From NCBI RefSeq assembly GCF_963853765.1, contig NC_088859.1:52886001-52950000 (forward strand): DNA of 64,000 nt, in the 5' to 3' direction. Made by a program: the position numbers and the translations under genes. The notes below the pieces were generated by a model. The model saw nothing but the letters and a program-made list of their open reading frames with translations. It was not told where the DNA came from and made no database searches. The stretch is from Magallana gigas (taxonomy: Eukaryota). How positions within the stretch are numbered: position 1 is the stretch's first letter; each line of letters starts with the position of its first letter. Positions 13,326 through 26,100 of the stretch are shown one piece after another.

Positions 13326-13736
13326 TTTTTTTTTTCATTTGCAGAAAGTTTCTAACTTGTGTAAAGCTTTATGAAAGCAATTCTTTGAAAACATCATTAA
13401 ACACGACATAAATGATTTAACTATTACAAAGATGTGACAGCAGAAAGTGGAGATAAAGTGTCAGTTAACATTATATCGAGTTATTCCCTTAAGTGACTCA
13501 GCAGGTGTTTAAATCAATTGCCTTTAATATTGTAACAAACAGAATCATTCGCAAAACATCAAATTTTCTTACCCGATTATTTACAGGAATAATTTTGTGA
13601 CGGCCATAAATGACGACAAGTTATGATTTTGATGGGTTTATTACATATGCTTAAAACAAGGACAAAAATACATGAATAAGATTGTAAAGATCTTTGGTTT
13701 TCTTGTGATCCATGTGTAGAATGGCTGAAATCTGGA

Positions 13737-14810
13737 CTAGCAAACTTTCTTCTCACAGCTGACCTGGAAATGAAGGGAGAACATATGAGATAATAAATAG
13801 ACCATGAATCAAGCTACAACTGTATCGAATTCTGTTTTCTGACTGAAAACGGAACAAAGCTGTAATAAAACTTACTGTTCCGTACAAAGACAAACAAGAG
13901 CACTTGCTTCCACACTGATCCACCGCCACCGTGTTACCGAGGGCAATAAACAGGTCGCCATGGCGGCACCCTGTTTAACACCAAAGAGTTAGCACTATGT
14001 TCTTATAGACTTGTTACAGGGTTAAAAAAGGAGGGGCGTAGATGGAATTGTAATAATCAGGTTCACTGTTAATTCTGTTAGATTGTGGATTAATTACTGT
14101 GATTAGAACTACTTAGTCTTGGGACGGTAGTATTATGTTATATAAAACAATATTTACCTGGCTGACAGGTACACGATATGGCGGAAGCGGAGGGACACAG
14201 GAAGTTGTTTCCAACCGACTGATCCACGTACATACACACCTCACCCATCGCACAGTTGTTACTCCTTGGAAAAAAATATGGATGTTATGATATCGATAAT
14301 ACATCAAAAAATGAATCAGTCATAATAAAAGTAGACGCTATTCGGGATTTTTAGTATTTTGTTTACTTACATGGAGTTGCAAGGTTTGCCGATCTTTGGT
14401 GGTGGTCCAATATCTCGTCCCGGTGCCAGATCCCCGCGGAGCGGTCCGGAATCGTCAATTACCGGATCCACCGGATTAATTATTACTGGTCCGGAATTAT
14501 CCGGAATGATCGGTTTAGTCTCTATCGGCGGCTGAGGCTGAGGGAACAGCGGCAAGTTCTGACCAGGGTCAACAATAGGCTGTTCTATGTTTTCAAAAAA
14601 CGTCAGGTCCATGGGGGAAGGAGCAGGTATATTCCACTGCGGCCATCGAGGAAAAGGCATCGGCTGGGGGAGAGGAAACTGCGGTCTATAATAGTGGACA
14701 GTAGGAGGGAAAGGCATAGGTCGTTTCACGCAGTTTTTCCTCCTTTTGTAAGAATAAGCGTAAGTTAATGAGAATAGACACAGAACCAAAATAGTAATTT
14801 GCAACTTCAT
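13737..14810 (-). CDS. Secreted family member A (222 aa): signal peptide, Pro-rich region, 12-Cys module
   Basis: Exons 14810-14371, 14264-14158, 13970-13876, 13763-13737 (phases 2,1,0). Starts MKLQITILVLCLFSLTYAYS. Module: KPCNSMSNNCAMGEVCMYVDQSVGNNFLCPSASAISCTCQPGCRHGDLFIALGNTVAVDQCGSKCSCLSLYGTVSCEKKVC*. Confidence 0.9.
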
Positions 14811-15697
14811 TGTCCTTGCTTATCAAAATACAATATGCAGTTGTTTGCGGCCTTGTTAGTCTATATAAGTGACTGATGACGTTTCTGATGTGGGACCGAA
14901 ACTAATTGGACGTCAGTGTGTAGTCGGAGTTCTAAATTATGACCATCCATCAAATATTGACGGCACACGTAACGCCATGCACGCTTCTCTCTACACGAGA
15001 GAAAGGACACGTCTCATTGGCTTAATGTTCATGACCGTCCAATCAAAGAGATGGTTACAGGGGCTTGTTCGGTGACGGGGTCTTGAGGAATGTCTTGCAA
15101 TACATCGATGTTTTCTACACCCTGGGGGAGTATATTTACCGAAGGAAATGATTCAACTGTTTGTAACGTGGGTGAATTTAGGTATGGCCAGATGACCACT
15201 TGCGTACTCTGACGACAGTTTGAAAAAAACTTCCCCAAACTCAGCAGTTTTATGTCCTTTGTTCTCTCAACATGGATTTAATTAATATTAATCACCGCAT
15301 GATATGCACCCACCGTCTTTAATTTAACAGGTGTTATCTGCAAATAAGTTTTAATTTATAGGTGACAAAGTTGAAAATGATAAACTCAGCTGCTCATAGG
15401 ATAAAACACTCATAGTACAGGGACAAGCCTATAATTATATACACATAAACATCATTTGAAAAAGAGACACAACTCGCTTAGTAAATTACAAAAACATACA
15501 TTATTTTTTAAATATTTTATTTTATTTGTGTTATACATTTGCATGAAAATATATGTATGGTACATGATCTTTGGAATGCATTAAATAGTTCTTTGTAAAA
15601 GATACGGATATATTCTGTCAGATTTCATGGTGTAAAATCGAATAGTTTTCCGTTGAGGTTCATGTAACCCTCATACTATCAGTGCAGCCATATACAT

Positions 15698-16712
15698 CTA
15701 GCAACTATCGAATTCACACTCCACCTACAAAAACGACGATAGAACAACACTGAGATGTCATGATAGAAAGGTGAAACAAAAAAATTCGGTACAGATAGGT
15801 GTGACTTGATGACAGTTAAGGTAATAGCAATCTCACCTCGCCTTTCAGATTATTGCAGTAACACCGGTTTCCGCACTTATCCACCATAACGGACGTCCCA
15901 TACGGAATAAAGAAGTTTTTATGTCGACAGCCTGCAGAGAGAAGAAGATAAATGGTCACAAAGAATTCCCTATATTTATGGCCGTGGTGTTATAATTTTC
16001 TGTTTAATGTGAGCAGTACGATGAGAGCATGCAGTACCTGTTTGACATCGACAAAGCGGGTGAGGGGGGTTGTTCATTGGACAGATGGAAGACACAGCAT
16101 CCCCGTCCACGGCCGGCGGCGTGTACACGTACTGTTGACCCGTGGGACAGTAAGGAGAGCTATAAAACAGAGGGAGGTGGTAACATGTAAAGCTATGGCC
16201 GGGTAACTAAAACAGCAAAATATCCAAGACTCTACCAACATTAAAAACATCAAAAACAACATACTTCACCTACATGTAAATTATTATAGCTGTTTAAAAA
16301 CACAAAATGAAAGATGTTGTGTATAAAAACCAGTACTGTTCAAACCACAATAACAGATACTGCTTGTACAATTTTTAGAGGAGATAATAGTAACTATAAG
16401 CTGTTACCTTACATAAGGAGAAATGTACTTCATGGTATTTGAAGGGGATACCATTTCTCGCCTTTGCGGGTACTGACTGTTCGGAAGAATTCGTCTTTGC
16501 GGGGTTCTCCTTTGTGTGAACGTGGGTGGGGGTCTCCTCATTCTATTGTCCACGGTGCCCCGGGGTCGGTCATTCATGAACGGCGTGTAGAAGTTTTCCG
16601 GTTCATCGTTACTTACATCATCTAAAACGATGACAGCCCAAGGACTCCAAAGAAACGAGGTGACAGAAGCAGCACAGAGATAGCAACATAGCAACCTTAA
16701 TACCAACTCCAT
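15698..16712 (-). CDS. Secreted family member B (182 aa): signal peptide, acidic then Arg/Pro-rich region, 10-Cys variant of the module
   Basis: Exons 16712-16408, 16159-16038, 15931-15837, 15724-15698 (phases 2,1,0). Module: SPYVSSPYCPTGQQYVYTPPAVDGDAVSSICPMNNPPHPLCRCQTGCRHKNFFIPYGTSVMVDKCGNRCYCNNLKGEVECEFDSC*. Confidence 0.88.
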
Positions 16713-17946
16713 TGTTTGTCAACACTCTTTGTTGGAAGGTGCATTAAATCCAGATTAATTAAGAAGAGGGAAATATTCCTGTTTTCAAACATCTACCAGG
16801 ACCGCGATCGCTGACCGGGGTGCGCTGCTGTTTGTTTACTGGAAGGCTGATGGATTGGCGGGTATTTTTATCCTTGTCGTGTTTTACCACACACCACTGA
16901 ATAATGGAGGTACGGGAATGTCTCCCCGACCCATGCCGCGCCGGGGAAATCCCGCGGGAAACTACGCAGCTACCCCGGTGACTGTTGCGGATTTCATCAG
17001 GTATTATTGGTGACCATCGTCCGGAGACAGACGAAGTGGCGCCCTGTCTGAATCCTGACCCAGGTTATTCAGCCTCTTACAATCCATATTTACTACTCAC
17101 TATAAGTATTTACTACACATAAGGGTGTGGGAATTCTCAAGGTATTTATGTTAATATAACCATAGGTAGGCTATTGCTAACACCGCAGAAACTGGGTGGT
17201 ATATTCGGAATTGTTTGTTTTTCTGATGTTTCCATTCATGAATCACGAAAGCCCAACCCATATGTGTATGTTATAAATATTATGTGTTTATAGCTTTCCG
17301 TTAAAGCAAAGTTAATGTAACACGTAACCCAAATTTTCATGCAGTAAGTCACGCGGGCTGCATACAGACAAAATTATAGGAACTATTGTAGTTCAAAAAT
17401 AGTATCATTTCGGGTAGACCTCTAAATGAATGATAATGTAATTTTTTGTTTCAAATACTGTAGTTATGCAATTGATTATTCAATACATTCAACGGTGGTA
17501 GACTAAGATTTTTTTTTACAAACAACTTGATTTTCACAATTAAGGAGGCTGTAGGGTAAATAATTGGTCCGAGCAATCGTATCGTGTCCAAAATAATTTT
17601 TTCTAATAATCACAATTGACATCTCGACAAAGTAAAATTTAATGGCAATCAGACTCAAATAGATTGATATATTGATTTGATTCCACATCATAAATAAAAA
17701 AAATTCATATATAATTCATATATAAAATTCATCAAATCTTCTTGTCCGGATTTAAAGAATATAAAACGCGACCATCGACCCTCGTAAAACGTACAGAGAA
17801 GGTAGAAAGTTATTTACCAACAACCACACAAATAACGCATGTGAATAATTTTATTTCAATGGATTTCATATGAAAGCACAAAAACATTCGATTAAGACGG
17901 ATTTCTCTTGATAAAGATAAATAAATATTCAAGATAAGTTGAGCAT

Positions 17947-19375
17947 CTAATTGGCTGCCGCTGGAGCTGTTGAGGATATAGGGATGACGGGAAAGTTCAT
18001 TTGAATGCTGTTCTTTGGTTGGTTGATCTTGAGATGGCCTGTTGTTGTAATGTCCAATGACATCTGGGTCGGTAATGGCGTCTGTTTGGTAGGCATGGTA
18101 ACTCCTTCCGGTGTTTGACTTGTAGATGGTAGCTTCTGGATGTTTTCGGTGCAAGATTTCTTAGAACAAGACGCCTAACAAGATAAAAGGGGAAAACATT
18201 AATCTGACTGAACAAGGATTTTTTATTGCTAGATATACGAGTACTTATATTTTAAATTTTTAAATGATATAAACTTGAATATGAATTTTTACTTACAGCT
18301 CCATACATGTTGAAACAAGAACAGGTGTTTCCACAGGTATCCATGGTAACTGTTGTTCCGTATGGTATAAAGGTGTAATCCACTCTACAACCTGCTCTGC
18401 ATTTACAGTCCACTTCCGGTATATAAATGGGACAGATGTAAGAGTTTGAAAAGACACATTCGTGGCCAGTGAGACATCCTCTGGGGAAAAAAGTAATGCA
18501 ATTTGTTACCTTTTCTGCAATATTTCGAGTACTAGTACCTCCGTCTATATAAATTAATATGTATATTTTCTTTCACTAATTCAAATTTTTCAATTATTAA
18601 CGAATAAAAAATGCCATGTATATTGTACTCACGTTTTATGACATGATGGCTCTCGTGTCGTTTTCTCTACAATAATTACTGTTTTGTCTGTGGAGGGGGG
18701 AGATCCTGGGTTATTCCAGCCCTTATTCACGTTCGTCGAGTTGTCTGTCCCGTTTGTTTTGGGTACTATCGAGTCATTAGTGTTTCCTTTTACAATTGGT
18801 GTAAGAGGTCTTGTAATGGCGGGTTCCCCACGTTTGTTTGACGTAGGGAGAAACTCCGATGTTATCATTGGGACCTCGACATCTGACGGAACGATGCTAT
18901 CCGGAAACATGGCACCGTCGTTTGACGTCATGACGTCAGGGATGTTGTAGGGGATGTTGTCGGGTTGGTAGACAGGAACTTCGTCATCTTGGACAAAAAC
19001 AGAGTCCGGATTGACCTTGTCAAATATGGCCCACGTGTTTGAATCCCTGAAAAATTCGGGAATATCCCACCCAACTCCGTGTTCCGGGTAGATTCCTGCG
19101 GGAAACCCAAAGTTGTGTCCGTGAGCGACGTCACCATTGGCATGGGTGTGTTCGAACTGTCGGCCATTGAAGGGGACATGGATGTGGGTCCTCGGTCTGA
19201 TCGTGGGACGCGGTCTTCTGAAACCCGCGCCGGCTAACGGAACGAACCTCATGGGAAATGGACCAAGTGGCGGCCTTCGCATCCTGACTTGACCTCTGAC
19301 CCGAGCGGGTCGGACCTTGATCACCAAAGCGCTTGTAATTTGTAGAAATGCGAAAAATACAATGACTAACTGCAT
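17947..19375 (-). CDS. Secreted family member C (384 aa): signal peptide, Arg/Pro-rich then His-motif then acidic region, 12-Cys module, Thr/Pro-rich tail
   Basis: Exons 19375-18633, 18480-18297, 18174-17947 (phases 2,0). Module: PSCHKTGCLTGHECVFSNSYICPIYIPEVDCKCRAGCRVDYTFIPYGTTVTMDTCGNTCSCFNMYGAASCSKKSC, then a ~67-aa tail. Confidence 0.9.
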
Positions 19376-20023
19376 CTTCTGTTGTAGAACTGCCGGGTTT
19401 GTATTAAGGTTGTGACTGATTGTCTTACGAGTCGGATTGTTTGTCTGGTATAAGACGTTGTTTTCTTTTATACCCTAGCTGACCATAAAGTGGCGTGCTT
19501 GTTTACGTACATTTGCGTATTTCACACCTCTATACCGTACACATCATCGAGTGCCCACATTTTATGAATGGAATCCTTCCCCATGAATGAAATTCACAAC
19601 TTTTGACATTCGCGGGATGTTCTACCAGCAATGTAATTGTTATTTGATGCCTGGAGTGACCGTGAGACCGCCGTGACGTAAGGACACGCATCAGTGACTC
19701 CTCTGGACGATGCATGGCAGCAAAGGACGCACAAGCAAAGAAATAAAGGTGACAATGAATAATGCAATTTGTCACGGTTCTCTATGAAGAGGAAATGACC
19801 AGTCTTGAGGTGGATTTCCTGCATTGCTGCATGGTTACTGTTTAATTTTATTATGTTTTATGTTTAAATGGCGAGAGCAGCTACTATATTGAGAGTTCCA
19901 TCTGCATATTTGGACATCATAGAAACGTGAATTGTTCTTTCTTTCTGTCTTTCTTTATTTCTTTATTTATTTAATATTTTCCCGTAGTTTTTTTTTCTAT
20001 TTCTGTATTCTTCTACTTATTGA

Positions 20024-20098
20024 TAATTTTCCTACCTCTAATTTTCCTACCTCTAATTTTCCTATCTCTAATTTTCCTACCTCTAATTTTCCTACTTT
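20024..20098. repeat. 15-bp minisatellite, 5 copies
   Basis: Unit TAATTTTCCTACCTC. Confidence 0.9.
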
Positions 20099-21354
20099 TA
20101 CGGTTTGGCAGATAATTTATATGTTCGCTCAACATTTCAATACATGTAAAACATAATTTTTTTGGCAACTTGATACAATTATATACTAGAGAAATTTATC
20201 ACTTTCTATTGATCAGCTAAATGATATAAAGCATGTACACAGCCAATAGTCTTTGACAAGTATTTCACGTGGAAAAAAAACCATACGCATGAGTTGCACA
20301 TGAAATGCATGAGGTAAACTGTTATTTTACACAACAACGAATGTTAATTGGCGAGATTTAACCGAGCATATGATTATTGCTGTCGATCAGAGTAACAGAC
20401 AGAAGGTCATAACACAATTCAGAGGATAAACATATTGACTGTAATATATGTATGGGGTGATAGGTTTTATGATTTTGTTTTAGGCATCCATGTCATTTAT
20501 ATGCGAAAATAAATTATGCGAAATATCGCAATGTTTTCCTATTATTATTCAGATAATAAATACAAACAAACGTTGTCTTCGTTTTACCTTGCAACAGATT
20601 TTCATAAAGTTAGTAGTTGTTACACGACTATAAAGTATTTAATCAATTTGAAAGCATTTTTTATTCAAAATTTTAAAGACAATTCATTTTAATTCATTTT
20701 ACTTTTTTCCAAAAGGTGTCAATGTATTTAGCATTCAAAACAATAACATGCTAACGCGGGTTATGCATTTTTATTGTCGCTACATGTACCTTCATATTCC
20801 GCATGAATCACCACAATTGGTCGTAAAAAGTAAGTAAAGGAAACTAAATTATTGTTAGTGTACATCAGTACGTTAGGTAAAAGAAATATCCAAATCGCCT
20901 GATACTGTAGTATGTAAATTTGAGTTTGACATCATCATGATTATTTTATGCAGTCTGTGACTTTCTTAGGTTGTCGAGGGTTTCGACTGATCAATAAACT
21001 GGTTAGAACTGAATATGTCGATTTTATAGAAATGTGAATAACAATCATTTTCCGTAAAAATAAGGGAGGTATCTTACTTGATGGAATGAAATAAGTGATC
21101 ATGTGGTATGAAAATTGAGTCTTTTTAGCTTAAAAAGCTTTTGAATTCAGGAGGTATTTTTATGGTGATTATATTGCAGTGTTTTTAAACAAAGGAAAAA
21201 CGGATGGTAATAAAAACAAAAACTAAAACTGTATGTCAATCACGTTTTACCAGGAAACTACTTTTTGCTTACTATGTCCTTTCATTGTCGCCTCCTTGCG
21301 GTCAATAATAAGATTATTCATCCCCTGACAACGGTCGTCAACTTTCTGGTACTT

Positions 21355-21630
21355 TACTGTTGGAATAGTTTACTGTTAAAATAGTTTACTGTTAGAATAG
21401 TTTACTGTTAGAATAGTTGAATAGTTTACTGTTTGAATAGTTTACTGTTTGAATAGTTTACTGTTAGAATAGTTTACTGTTAGAATAGTTTACTGTTTGA
21501 ATAGTTTACTGTTAGAATAGTTTACTGTTATAATAGTTGAATAGTTTACTGTTGGAATAGTTGAATAGTTTACTGTTAGAATAGTTTACTGTTAGAATAG
21601 TTGAATAGTTTACTGTTAGAATAGTTTACT
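21355..21630. repeat. 17-bp minisatellite, about 15 copies with short truncated units
   Basis: Unit GAATAGTTTACTGTT(A/T/G), with interspersed GAATAGTT half-units. Confidence 0.9.
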
Positions 21631-21894
21631 ACCATTAACATAAAGTATACACACAAATGCTAATGAAAATGAATCCAACAATAAAGCCTCAATTTTTATT
21701 GTTTCTTGTAATCAATTTTTTGACATTATTCTTAACTCTTTTTTTTTATTTTTGAAATTGCTTAATTATATTTTCTTGAGATAATTGAGATAATTTAAAG
21801 ATCGAATGTTCATGTTGATTTAATTCACTCTGATCCCATACTTGCAATCAGCGATACAGATATATAGACATTTAGCTGTAAAAATGTCACTTTC

Positions 21895-22075
21895 AAGTTT
21901 ATTATATAAGGAATAAGGAATCATTCTTTGAGTATTATGAGGTGATAATTTCGATCGAGGCGTGGTCAAATTCAATAAAGCCCGAAGGGCTTTATGATAG
22001 ATTTGATCTATTTTGAATCGATACGTAGTGTTATCACAGGCGCAGACACTGAAGAATGTAAATATTTTCAATTAA
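21895..22075. mobile_element. Fragment of a non-autonomous DNA element
   Basis: AAGGAATCATTCTTTGAGTATTATGAGGTGA at about 21915 is identical to the arm of the hairpin at 43857-43925; internal palindrome ATAAAGCCCGAAGGGCTTTAT. Confidence 0.5.
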
Positions 22076-23131
22076 TTTCGCACCGTCTATTGTTCTAATC
22101 AGATTTTTATATACGCCACTGTTTAAACATCATTTTACAGTGATAAAGTTAGTATTAAATGATGAATCAAACGTTTTACCACAATGTAAAATTCATAGTA
22201 ACTTATAGGATGAACAAAATATCACTTTATGAGAAATTTATGTTTGTTACAAAGTGGTAACTAAGGTAGCCATCTTGAATTCGATGCTTAGCATTAAAAC
22301 TATAGGCTACAAATATTTACGTAGCGGCTAGGCTAGTTTGACGTTTAGCCGAGTGTGTGCTAGGTTCTTGAACGCATCCCAATTATTTTATAAAATATGG
22401 CAAAGGTAAAATCTTCACGTTTACCGTTGATCAATAACAAACTATCAATGATTGAACGACGATTACAAAATGATCATAACACCGTGATTTTTTTTCTGTT
22501 TATTTTTTAAAAGTTTTATTCAGTATATTGTATATTGAATATAGCAGATACCAGGATTGAATTACTTGCTATGGATCTGTTGAATGCATAGGCAAACAAA
22601 AAAAAATGGTAGAGATAGCTGCAAAACATAAAATATTAAGCTTGTCAAGTGTAATGATTGAGGTGGAAACAAACCCGATCAACGACAGAATAAGTTATGG
22701 ATATATCTATATAGGTAAATAAAACCAACCGATGACAGACGATACGTCACTTATAGAATAAAATGATAGTGACCTCTGTAATTATGTATTTAATGACTCC
22801 AAAAACAGCGTCGGTGGAGCGAGAGCGGACCGTTTGTACAGACCATTGTACAGTGACTCATTACGGATTTGATTTGAGGTTAGTAAAACCTTGACCTCTT
22901 GCCATCACAAGGTTATATCACATTTAACGCAATTTCGATAAATTGCATATCAAAAAATGGAAGCTACATTTCGTATTGATAATGTTTTATTACAAAAGGA
23001 TTTCAAAAGAGCATGATAAAAACATGAATGATAATATCACATACAAATAAATAACACACAAAATGGGACTGTGCCAGCATAGTGAAGTTTGTAGCATTGA
23101 AGAAAATATACAGTTGGGTTTAACCAAGATC

Positions 23132-26100
23132 TCAACCAAAAGCAGGGTCCATCTTCTTGATTTTGAGAGATTTGATTGAGGAGCGTTTGGCCACTGGCAC
23201 GTTTATGATGCCCCCGATGTGTATACCGGAAGTTCGGGTCAAATAAGGGGTGCCATTTTTCTTGTCGGGTTCTGTTTTTACTTCGGGTATTTTATAGACC
23301 GGGTTTTCTTGAACTTGCTTGCGCTGACGGACCGGCACATAAATGATTCCACCAATAGAAATGCCATTGGACCAGCCTAGTGGGTACTCCACTTTTACAG
23401 GAGAAGTCTCGTTCTTTGCGTCCTTACTATTAGGTTGTACTTCACCGAGAAACTGAACAGATTCCGTGTTTTTCTGCTTCGGTATGTAAATAACACCGCC
23501 TATAGTGATGCCCCTTGTGGTACCGTACGGCGACTCTACAGTAATTACACCGGCACCGGCAAACTTCGTCTTATCGTATATCTTCTCAAACTCTTTATTC
23601 TTTTCTTGAAAAGTCTTTTTCCTTTTATGCACTGGTACATAAATGATTCCACCGATAGAAATTCCCTTAGTCCAGCTGGAATTTCCGTCTATCATGTTTT
23701 CATTGTTAGAATGACCATCCTGTCCATTCGTGTGTTCTCGGGATGGTACGTAAATGACACCGCCGAGAGATATTCCGGAGGTCCAGTCGCTGTTTTTATC
23801 CAGGGGATCGTTCGTGTGGTTTCTCTTTGGTATATATATGACGCCTCCGATGGAAATTCCGTATGTAAATCCATCATCGGAGGGTGTTTCCTTGTTTTTG
23901 TTGGGAATCCTAACTCGCTGCACGGGGATGTAGATGACCCCGCCGATGGAAATCCCCGTGTAGTTCGACGGCTTCCCCACAGGGTCATCAGCAGTTTTGT
24001 TTACGCATGTAAGTTTCTGACATTCGGCCTGGAAAAGAAATCATCATTTAAAAATTAATTAAAAATACAATTTAAACACACTTGCAACATAGCAAAAATC
24101 ATTTTAAAAAACGGATATTAAGATAAATCAAAATATAAGCAAACAAGAACAAAAATATTTAAATAAACAAGAAATCTCACCTTCCCATAAAGATTAAAAC
24201 AGGAGCAGAAGCTGCCACACTCGTCTAGGTAGTAGGATTCTCCCAGCGGTATAAACATCTGCCCTACTCTACAGCCCTGGCTGCACTGACAGTTAGCTTC
24301 CGGTTCATCACGTGGACAAAGCCACGTGCTCTTCTCCGTACATTCATATCCGATTTTGCAGTAACTGAAAAATTAAACAATGTCATTAACATTAGCAATT
24401 TAATGAAGCGAGAGCTGTTTTGTTGTTGACATAAAGTATGGCTATTACCTAGCTTAGTTGATCAAAAAAATGCTTACGTTTGTTGACAAATTTTCGGTCC
24501 CTCGGTAGTACTGGGTCCCTCTGTTGATGCTGTGGTTTTGATTCCAGGAGTGCTCGAGGTTTCCGTTGATGAAATAGTTGTACTCGGAGATGATTCTTGT
24601 TGTTGAGTAGTTGTTGTCATTGTGGTAGTTGTCTGCGTTGTTTGAGTTTCTGACTCGGGCGTTGTCGTCTGTTTCGTACTTTTGGATTCCATCATGGATG
24701 TAGTGGGTTTAGATGAAAACTCCAGGGACTCCATGATCGGTGAGGACTGTGTTGTTGTCGGTGTTTCCTCACTTGGTTCGTTAATCAGTGTTGTTGTTGT
24801 TGTTGTTGTAGTCTCAGCCATTGTCTGTGTTGTCTGCTGTGTTGTATTGCTAATGTCCTCATAAACAAAGGTAACATTATCAAGCCACTCGTACGGATGC
24901 GTAACATAGTCGTACACCGGTGTTTCAGTCTCAACGTAATAGTCCCCTGTTGTGGTGCTAGGGGTTGGTTGTGTGGTCGGAGACTGAGTGGTTGATGTGG
25001 CGGCTACGGTCATCTCCGCTAGCTCTGGAGTAGAAGGAATCCTCGCTGTTGTTGCCGACAAACTGGTCGTTGCTTCTGCTGTTGTGCTTGTTGTTCTAAT
25101 GGTTGTTGTTGTTGTTGGTTTGAGGCTTGTAAGAATTCGTGTTGTAGTAGGTGTAGCTGTTGTTGATGTTACTTGATCTGCGGTTGTCGTCAAACCGGAA
25201 GTAGAAGAAGTCGTTCTTGGCGAGGTGACTTGTTGTGTTTGTGTTGTTGTGTCTCTATCTGGAGTCGAGTAATCAAGAACTACGTCAGCTCTAGAAGATT
25301 GGGGATATTTATCTGTCATAAAATCCAAAACGATCTCCTCATTTACCTGATTGTTAATTACAGGTGTAGGTATTGTTGTCGTAAATAGCCGTACACCTGG
25401 AATTGTTTTTGTTTTCTCTGGGGTCGTGATAATAATAGTTTTAGGCGTTGTTGTCTCCTTCTCAAACTGAGATTCTTTGGGTGATTGCCCAGAGTTTGGT
25501 CCATGTAAAATCAAATACGGGAATGAAATGTTATACTCATGAGGTTTATATTTGAAGAACGCTGTATTGTTCGCCTGCTCCCTTTCTATGATTTGGTCCA
25601 CCATGTCTAGGTTGTGTTGTCCGTCTCCTTTCGTGCCGTTGAAGAGAATTCCAGGATCTGGTAGCGGGACATCAGAGGAGGGTGGTAGTGGTGACTCCGT
25701 GCTCTGTGGGGTCGTTGTTGTCGGTTCAGGTGAGACGGCCAGGTGTTCGAACTCTCTGATCTCCATGACAGGGAGCTGCGGCAGGGTTAGAGTTGTTGTC
25801 CGGTACCGAGCTGTCGTTGTCGTGGGCTGTGTTTGAGATACGGTTGTCGATATCGTGTCTGATTCAGCCGAGCTGTCCTTGATTATGTAAGAGGGTTCCG
25901 TGTCGTTTAGTGCGGGCTTGGGGACAAATATTGTTTCATTCTTACGTTTTACTCGATCTCTACCGATGATTTTTATGATTGGTTCAAGTGGTTTCATTAC
26001 ATATGGTTCTTTTTCCTTATTGGAACTCCGTGGAATGACTTCCGGTGGAAACGGAATCTCAGATGCGTCCCATGGGAATGGTTGAATGTCCAACGGAAGT

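Noticed and set aside
15029-15238. Pro/Gln/acidic ORF upstream of member A, possibly a relic exon 1 of a seventh paralog
   Set aside because: No signal peptide, no Cys1 plus phase-2 donor and no dedicated module exons; similarity to A is too weak.
16790-17070. GC-rich island between members B and C
   Set aside because: No meaningful ORF, splice pattern or terminal repeats found; probably a repeat fragment, but unsupported.
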